The translations under genes and the position numbers were made by a program. Below the pieces are notes generated by a model that was not told the origin of the DNA, did no database searches, and worked only from the letters and a program-made list of their open reading frames with translations. A stretch of DNA of 64,000 nucleotides from Candidatus Nealsonbacteria bacterium (GTDB taxonomy: Bacteria > Patescibacteriota > Minisyncoccia > Minisyncoccales > RBG-13-42-11), in contig JAPLXL010000007.1 in NCBI GenBank assembly GCA_026396115.1, positions 6,565-70,564 on the forward strand, read 5' to 3'. How positions within the stretch are numbered: the first letter of the stretch is position 1; each line of letters begins with the position of its first letter. This document shows, in pieces, positions 59,146 to 64,000 of this stretch.

Positions 59146-60807
59146 TTTCGTATTATTCCCCTGGGCGGACAAGAAGAAGTAGGAAGAAATATGACGGTAT
59201 TTGAATATGAAAACGATATTGTGATTGTTGATATGGGAATCCAGTTTCCGGAAGAAGATATGCCCGGAATCGATTATATTATTCCTAATATTAATTACTT
59301 AAAAGATAAATTAAAAAAAATAAAAGCTGTTGTTTTTACTCACGGCCATTTAGATCATATTGGAGCTGCTCCCATTCTTTTGGAAAAACTGGGGTATCCC
59401 TTGGTTATCAGCCGAGAATTTACGATAGCCTTAATTAAGCGCAAAATGGAGGAATACAAAAAAGGATCGGCATCCCGACTAAAAACAATTCAGATAAAAC
59501 CAAACCTTAAAGAAAAAATTAGCTTGGGGCAGTTAAAATTAGATTTTTTTGACGTAGAGCATTCTACAATTGATTCTGTCGGAATAATAATTTCAAGTCC
59601 GGTAGCTACCGCCATTCATATGGGAGACTGGACTCTTGGCATGGATTCAAGCGGCAGAAAACTATCCTATAATTTTCTTTCAAAATTAAATAAACCAACG
59701 ATATTAATGATTGAAAGCCTGGGAGCGGTTAATAGGCAACCTCTGGTTACCGAAAAAGATATGTGGAAAAATATAAAAACAATCATTGATGAGGCTCCGG
59801 GAAGAATAATAATTGCTACTTTTTCCACCCAAGTTAAAAGAATTCGGGAAATCTTAAATTATGCACAAGAAATTGGAAAAAAAGTAGCCATTGACGGGTA
59901 CAGTATGAGAATGATTTTGGAAATAGCAAAAAAATTAGGATATATTAGAGTCGGAAAAGAAACCCTTATTGACATCAGAAAAATAGATGATTATCCGCCA
60001 AACAAAATAGTAATAATTTGCACCGGAACCCAAGGGGAACCCAAAGCCGTTCTTTCTCGGATAGTCGCCGACAATCACAATTACGTAAAACTTAGAAAAA
60101 CGGATACCATTCTTTTCTCTTCATCTATTATTCCCGGAAATGAAAGAACAATTCAGTCTTTAAAAGACGGCCTCTACCGTAAATGCGATAATGTAATTCA
60201 CAATGAAATTATGAATATTCATGTCAGCGGACATACTAATGTCGAAGGCATCCAAGAAGTGACAAGACAAATAAAGCCGACGTATGTCCTCCCTGTTTAT
60301 GCCAATCATTACTTCCTTAAAGAAGCAAAAAAAATCATAAAAGAAATCGGTTTTCCTGAAAACAACATATTTGTCTTAGATAATGGCCAGATTATTAATT
60401 TTAACAAGACAAACACCCCAATTATTGAGAAAGAAAAAGCAGATACAAATTATATCTTTATTGACGGACTGAGAATCGGAGACGTGGGAGAAATTGTTTT
60501 AAGAGACCGACAAATGTTAGCCAAAGATGGAATGTTTGTCATTGTCGTGGTGGTGGATAAACAAACTGGAAAAGTAAAGGGTTCTCCTGATATAATATCA
60601 AGAGGATTTGTTTATCTTAGGGAATCAAAAGAATTGCTGAAAGATACTCGTAAAAGAGTGGTTGAGATTGTTCATCGAGCAACCGACTCGGGAGGAGCGG
60701 TAAATTGGAGCTATATTAAAGATGAGATCAGGAATAAAATCGGTCAATTCTTTTATATTAGAACCCAAAGACGCCCCATGATTCTTCCGGTTGTAATAGA
60801 AGTTTAA
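59083..60807 (+). CDS. rnj: Ribonuclease J
   Basis: PLGGQEEVGRNM, THGHLDHIG, TGTQGEP, HVSGH, RRPMILPV. Confidence 0.95.
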   Translation: MTKQYNTESLDEGKKRFTSSTFRIIPLGGQEEVGRNMTVFEYENDIVIVDMGIQFPEEDMPGIDYIIPNINYLKDKLKKIKAVVFTHGHLDHIGAAPILLEKLGYPLVISREFTIALIKRKMEEYKKGSASRLKTIQIKPNLKEKISLGQLKLDFFDVEHSTIDSVGIIISSPVATAIHMGDWTLGMDSSGRKLSYNFLSKLNKPTILMIESLGAVNRQPLVTEKDMWKNIKTIIDEAPGRIIIATFSTQVKRIREILNYAQEIGKKVAIDGYSMRMILEIAKKLGYIRVGKETLIDIRKIDDYPPNKIVIICTGTQGEPKAVLSRIVADNHNYVKLRKTDTILFSSSIIPGNERTIQSLKDGLYRKCDNVIHNEIMNIHVSGHTNVEGIQEVTRQIKPTYVLPVYANHYFLKEAKKIIKEIGFPENNIFVLDNGQIINFNKTNTPIIEKEKADTNYIFIDGLRIGDVGEIVLRDRQMLAKDGMFVIVVVVDKQTGKVKGSPDIISRGFVYLRESKELLKDTRKRVVEIVHRATDSGGAVNWSYIKDEIRNKIGQFFYIRTQRRPMILPVVIEV

Positions 60808-60809
60808 AA

Positions 60810-60927
60810 GTCGAAGAGTACTTCATCCGTCGAGTTGAAGACGAGACAGTCGAAGAGATTTTATCTCTTCTTTATCTTCGTCCCGCTGTCGCTGGACTCG
60901 ATGAAAAAGAAAAATTTTTCTTCGCAC
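60810..60927 (-). repeat. Multiply nested palindromic element filling the rnj-trpS spacer
   Basis: Reverse complement matches 57994-58054 with an additional internal element copy. Confidence 0.8.
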
Positions 60928-60928
60928 A

Positions 60929-61906
60929 ATGCGTATTTTTTCAGGCATCCAACCAACAGGAAAATTGCATATTGGAAATTATTTTGGAGCAATTAAACAA
61001 TGGGTTGAACTTCAACAAATGCATGAGTGTATTTTTTGTATTGTGGATTTGCATGCCTTAACTGTCCCCTATGATACTAAAACTCTTCAAGAGTCAATTC
61101 TGGAAAAAGCAATTATCTATTTAGCGGCCGGGGTTAATCCTGAAAAATCAATAATTTTTGTTCAATCCCAAGTAAAAGAACACACTGAATTAGCCTGGCT
61201 ATTAAATACCATAACTCCAATTGGCGATTTGACCAGAATGACCCAATATAAAGAAAAATCAAAAAAATTCAAGAAAAATCTTAATGCCGGGCTTTTGAAT
61301 TATCCTATTTTAATGGCCTCGGACATCCTTTTATACCAAACAGAAATAGTTCCTGTGGGAGAAGACCAAAAACAGCATGTTGAATTAGCAAGAACAATTG
61401 CCCGGAAATTCAATCAAAGATTCGGAGAAGTATTTAAAATTCCTGAAGCAAGATTGCCAAAATTTGGAGCAAAAATAATGTCTCTTCAAAACCCAAAAAA
61501 GAAAATGTCAAAAACCGATCTGCAAGATGCCCAAATTGGACTTTTTGACGAACCCGAAGAAATAAAAGCTAAAATTATGAAAGCGGTTACCGACACCGGA
61601 AAAATAATAAAATATAACGAGAAATTAAAACCCGGCATCTCCAATCTTTTGACAATTTATTCTTTATTTTCTGAAAAAACTATTAAGGAAATAGAAAAGA
61701 AATTTAAAGGAAAAGGATATGCAGATTTTAAAAAATCTTTATCACGTCTTTTAATCGATTCTTTAGAACCCTTCCGACGGAAAAAGAAAGAACTTCTCAC
61801 CAGAGAAGTTTATGTAAAAGAAATTTTAAACCAAGGGAGAAATCGAGCCCAGATCATCGCCCAATCTATACTTCAAGAAGTCAAGAAAAAAATGGGCCTT
61901 TTTTAA
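60929..61906 (+). CDS. trpS: Tryptophan-tRNA ligase
   Basis: SGIQPTG.LHIGN, YPILMASDIL, VGEDQKQH, KMSKT. Confidence 0.97.
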   Translation: MRIFSGIQPTGKLHIGNYFGAIKQWVELQQMHECIFCIVDLHALTVPYDTKTLQESILEKAIIYLAAGVNPEKSIIFVQSQVKEHTELAWLLNTITPIGDLTRMTQYKEKSKKFKKNLNAGLLNYPILMASDILLYQTEIVPVGEDQKQHVELARTIARKFNQRFGEVFKIPEARLPKFGAKIMSLQNPKKKMSKTDLQDAQIGLFDEPEEIKAKIMKAVTDTGKIIKYNEKLKPGISNLLTIYSLFSEKTIKEIEKKFKGKGYADFKKSLSRLLIDSLEPFRRKKKELLTREVYVKEILNQGRNRAQIIAQSILQEVKKKMGLF

Positions 61907-63432
61907 GAAAGCGATTCGGTATTTACATTTATTTTTGAATCCCAATCTATCTCCTTATAGCTGTGGAGTAATTTGCTAATATAATTCTTGAGAAAGATAT
62001 ATTGATTCTCTGTCTTTGCCTCAAATTTAATTGTAAGATAAGGTGCGTTTTGGGAATAACGAATGACGAACATACAGGTCTGCAAATCAACTCTTACTCC
62101 GTCTCCAGCCCGTTCGTCATCAATTACCCGAGCCACAGCGAAGGGCGAAGAAAGCTCAGCTTTCTTCTTTACCTTCGCTTTCTGCGAAAGCTCGGTGGGT
62201 AAAGAAGAGGATTTATCCTCTTCGCCATTTTTCGCGCCCGGATACTCCTTTTTAATGACCTTGCTAATTTTATTTATTAATTCTACTTTCTTATCATCGG
62301 CACAATATATTTTTATTTCCGGGCTTGATATATATTTAGGAAGTGAGTCGATGGCAGCAGATAACGACTGATTAGTTTTTGCCAAATAACTTAATAACCG
62401 CAAAGTTGAATAGAGCCCATCGTCGTGATTATAAAAATCAGCCGAAAAGAAGAAGTGTCCGGATAATTCCCCGATAAAAGCCGCTTTAACTTCTTGATTT
62501 TTTTTCTTTAAGAATGAATGGCCCGTTCTCCACATAAAAGGTCTGCCGCCGTATTTTACAATTGTCTCTTCAACCGCTTTTGAACAAAGGGTATTGTACA
62601 TTATAGTTGCTCCAGGATGCTCGTTTAAAACATCAATTGTGAAAAGCGCCACCAACACGTCATTCCAAACAATATTGCCTCGCTCGTCAACTATTCCTAT
62701 TCGGTCGCCATCGGCATCATACGAAAAACCAATGTCTGCTTTTTCCTGCCATACCTCGTTTCCTAGGCGCTGAGCAACAATAATACTGGTTGGATCTGGC
62801 ACACCCAAAGGAAAAGAAGAATCTAATTGACAATTCTTTTCAATAACTTCACATCCTGCCCTTCGTAGTAAATCCGGGACAATTGCTCCGGCAGTAGAAT
62901 AACTGGGGTCAATAACTACTTTGAATTTTTTTCTAATCGGCAACCTTTTTAGCAGATCTTCAAAATAGACTTTCTTGATATCTCGCTCCTCGCTCCTACC
63001 TTTAGTCTCTGCCTGCTCATAGTCTTCATTTTCTACCATTTGGCATAACTTCTGAATATTATCTGAAACTAAAGTCTCAGAAAAATCATTAGCTAACTTA
63101 AAACCATTATATTCAACTGGATTGTGTGAAGCAGTAACAAAAACGCCGCCTTTGCAATTTAAATAATATTGCGACCAATAAAAGGTTCCGACAAGATTCA
63201 AGCCAATGTTGATTATATCAATGCCGGCCCAATTCAATCCTTTGCCAATTGCTTGGCTAAATTTGGGACTGGTGGCGCGAGAATCATAACCTACTACTAC
63301 TTTTTTAATACTTAGCCTATTCAAAAAAGTACCAAAGGCCTTTCCTAAATGTTCTACTATCTCTGAATTTAAATCCTGATCAACTAAACCCCGAATGTCA
63401 TAACCACGAAATATAAAAGGGTTGATTTTCAT
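61903..63432 (-). CDS. Phosphomannomutase/phosphoglucomutase
   Basis: FRGYDIRG, TASHNP, DADGDR, GELSGH. Confidence 0.95.
   Translation of the reverse strand: MKINPFIFRGYDIRGLVDQDLNSEIVEHLGKAFGTFLNRLSIKKVVVGYDSRATSPKFSQAIGKGLNWAGIDIINIGLNLVGTFYWSQYYLNCKGGVFVTASHNPVEYNGFKLANDFSETLVSDNIQKLCQMVENEDYEQAETKGRSEERDIKKVYFEDLLKRLPIRKKFKVVIDPSYSTAGAIVPDLLRRAGCEVIEKNCQLDSSFPLGVPDPTSIIVAQRLGNEVWQEKADIGFSYDADGDRIGIVDERGNIVWNDVLVALFTIDVLNEHPGATIMYNTLCSKAVEETIVKYGGRPFMWRTGHSFLKKKNQEVKAAFIGELSGHFFFSADFYNHDDGLYSTLRLLSYLAKTNQSLSAAIDSLPKYISSPEIKIYCADDKKVELINKISKVIKKEYPGAKNGEEDKSSSLPTELSQKAKVKKKAELSSPFAVARVIDDERAGDGVRVDLQTCMFVIRYSQNAPYLTIKFEAKTENQYIFLKNYISKLLHSYKEIDWDSKINVNTESLS
62125..62226 (+). repeat. Nested palindromic element in-frame in PMM/PGM (adds 34 aa)
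   Basis: uvrA-type copy interrupted by an inverted 54-nt second copy; encodes [34 protein letters not shown]. Confidence 0.85.
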
Positions 63433-63456
63433 ATAAATTTATTTTATTATAGAGTT

Positions 63457-64000
63457 ATGAGCTTTTCAATAGGCATTGTGGGTCTCCCCAATGTTGGCAA
63501 ATCAACTCTATTCAAAGCGCTGACCAAGATCAAAGTTGACATTGCCGCCTACCCTTTTACCACCATTCATCCTAACGTGGGAGTGGTTCGGGTTCCCGAC
63601 GAAAGATTAGATAAAATAGCCCAGATTTTTAAACCAGAAAAAATAACGCCCACCATTATTGAATTTATAGATTTAGCCGGCTTGGTAAAAGGAGCTCACA
63701 AAGGAGAAGGGTTGGGAAATCAGTTTTTAGCTCAAATCAGAAATTGTGATGCAATTTTAGAAATAATTAGATCTTTTGAAAATCCTGATGTTGAAAATGT
63801 GACAGGAAAAATTGACCCTAAGAATGATATAGAAACAATAAAAGTTGAGCTTGAACTGAAAGATTTGGAAATCGAAGAAAGGAATCTTTCTTCTCCCACC
63901 AAGCTTTTGCAAAGCAAAAGCGAAGGTAAAGAAGAAAAAGAAAATCTTTTAAGTAAAAAACCAATTATCTATCTTTTAAATACCGATGGTAAAACCCAAT
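63457..64000 (+). CDS. ychF: YchF/Obg-family ATPase, runs off the window end
   Basis: Not in the ORF track. MSFSIGIVGLPNVGKSTLF, YPFTTI.PN.G.V.VPD.RL, DLAGLVKGAHKGEGLGNQFL. Confidence 0.92.
   Translation, partial: MSFSIGIVGLPNVGKSTLFKALTKIKVDIAAYPFTTIHPNVGVVRVPDERLDKIAQIFKPEKITPTIIEFIDLAGLVKGAHKGEGLGNQFLAQIRNCDAILEIIRSFENPDVENVTGKIDPKNDIETIKVELELKDLEIEERNLSSPTKLLQSKSEGKEEKENLLSKKPIIYLLNTDGKTQ
63871..63936 (+). repeat. Palindromic element in-frame in ychF
   Basis: cgaagaaaggaatctttcttc followed by accaagcttttgcaaagcaaaagcgaaggtaaagaag. Confidence 0.75.

Overview
AT-rich bacterial chromosome window. The gene set and protein style suggest a Patescibacteria (CPR)/Parcubacteria genome; this is inference, not a database result. 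1-22.3 kb is a minus-strand cell-surface and glycosylation region: surface repeat, dockerin, LamG and LytR_C proteins, GT-C-like membrane proteins, GT2/GT4 enzymes, a flippase and a WbpA/WbpB/WbpE-like sugar pathway. It is split into three transcription units, each headed by the same leader architecture: consensus sigma70 promoter, covarying 28-nt hairpin, uORF, intrinsic terminator. 22.4-33.3 kb is an accessory island at the 3' end of tRNA-Asn, made of single-gene cassettes separated by att-like scars and copies of the tRNA terminator. It ends in a defence block: CdnE+Cap15 CBASS, a YjzC-like gene, a LexA-like repressor and a type II RM pair. 33.4-64 kb is mostly housekeeping: rpoD, dnaG, htpX/lemA, groESL with CIRCE, uvrA, uvrC, secG, galU, rnj, trpS, phosphomannomutase, ychF, tRNA-Ser and tRNA-Leu. 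It also holds an idi/polyprenyl synthase/UbiA/7TM-kinase/receiver cluster flanked by ThiF and YjbQ gene remnants. A family of ~50-bp palindromic elements (at least 13 copies, some nested) sits in intergenic spacers and in-frame inside UvrA, UvrC, Pgi, RNase J, phosphomannomutase and YchF. All calls were made by eye from motifs; no searches were run.
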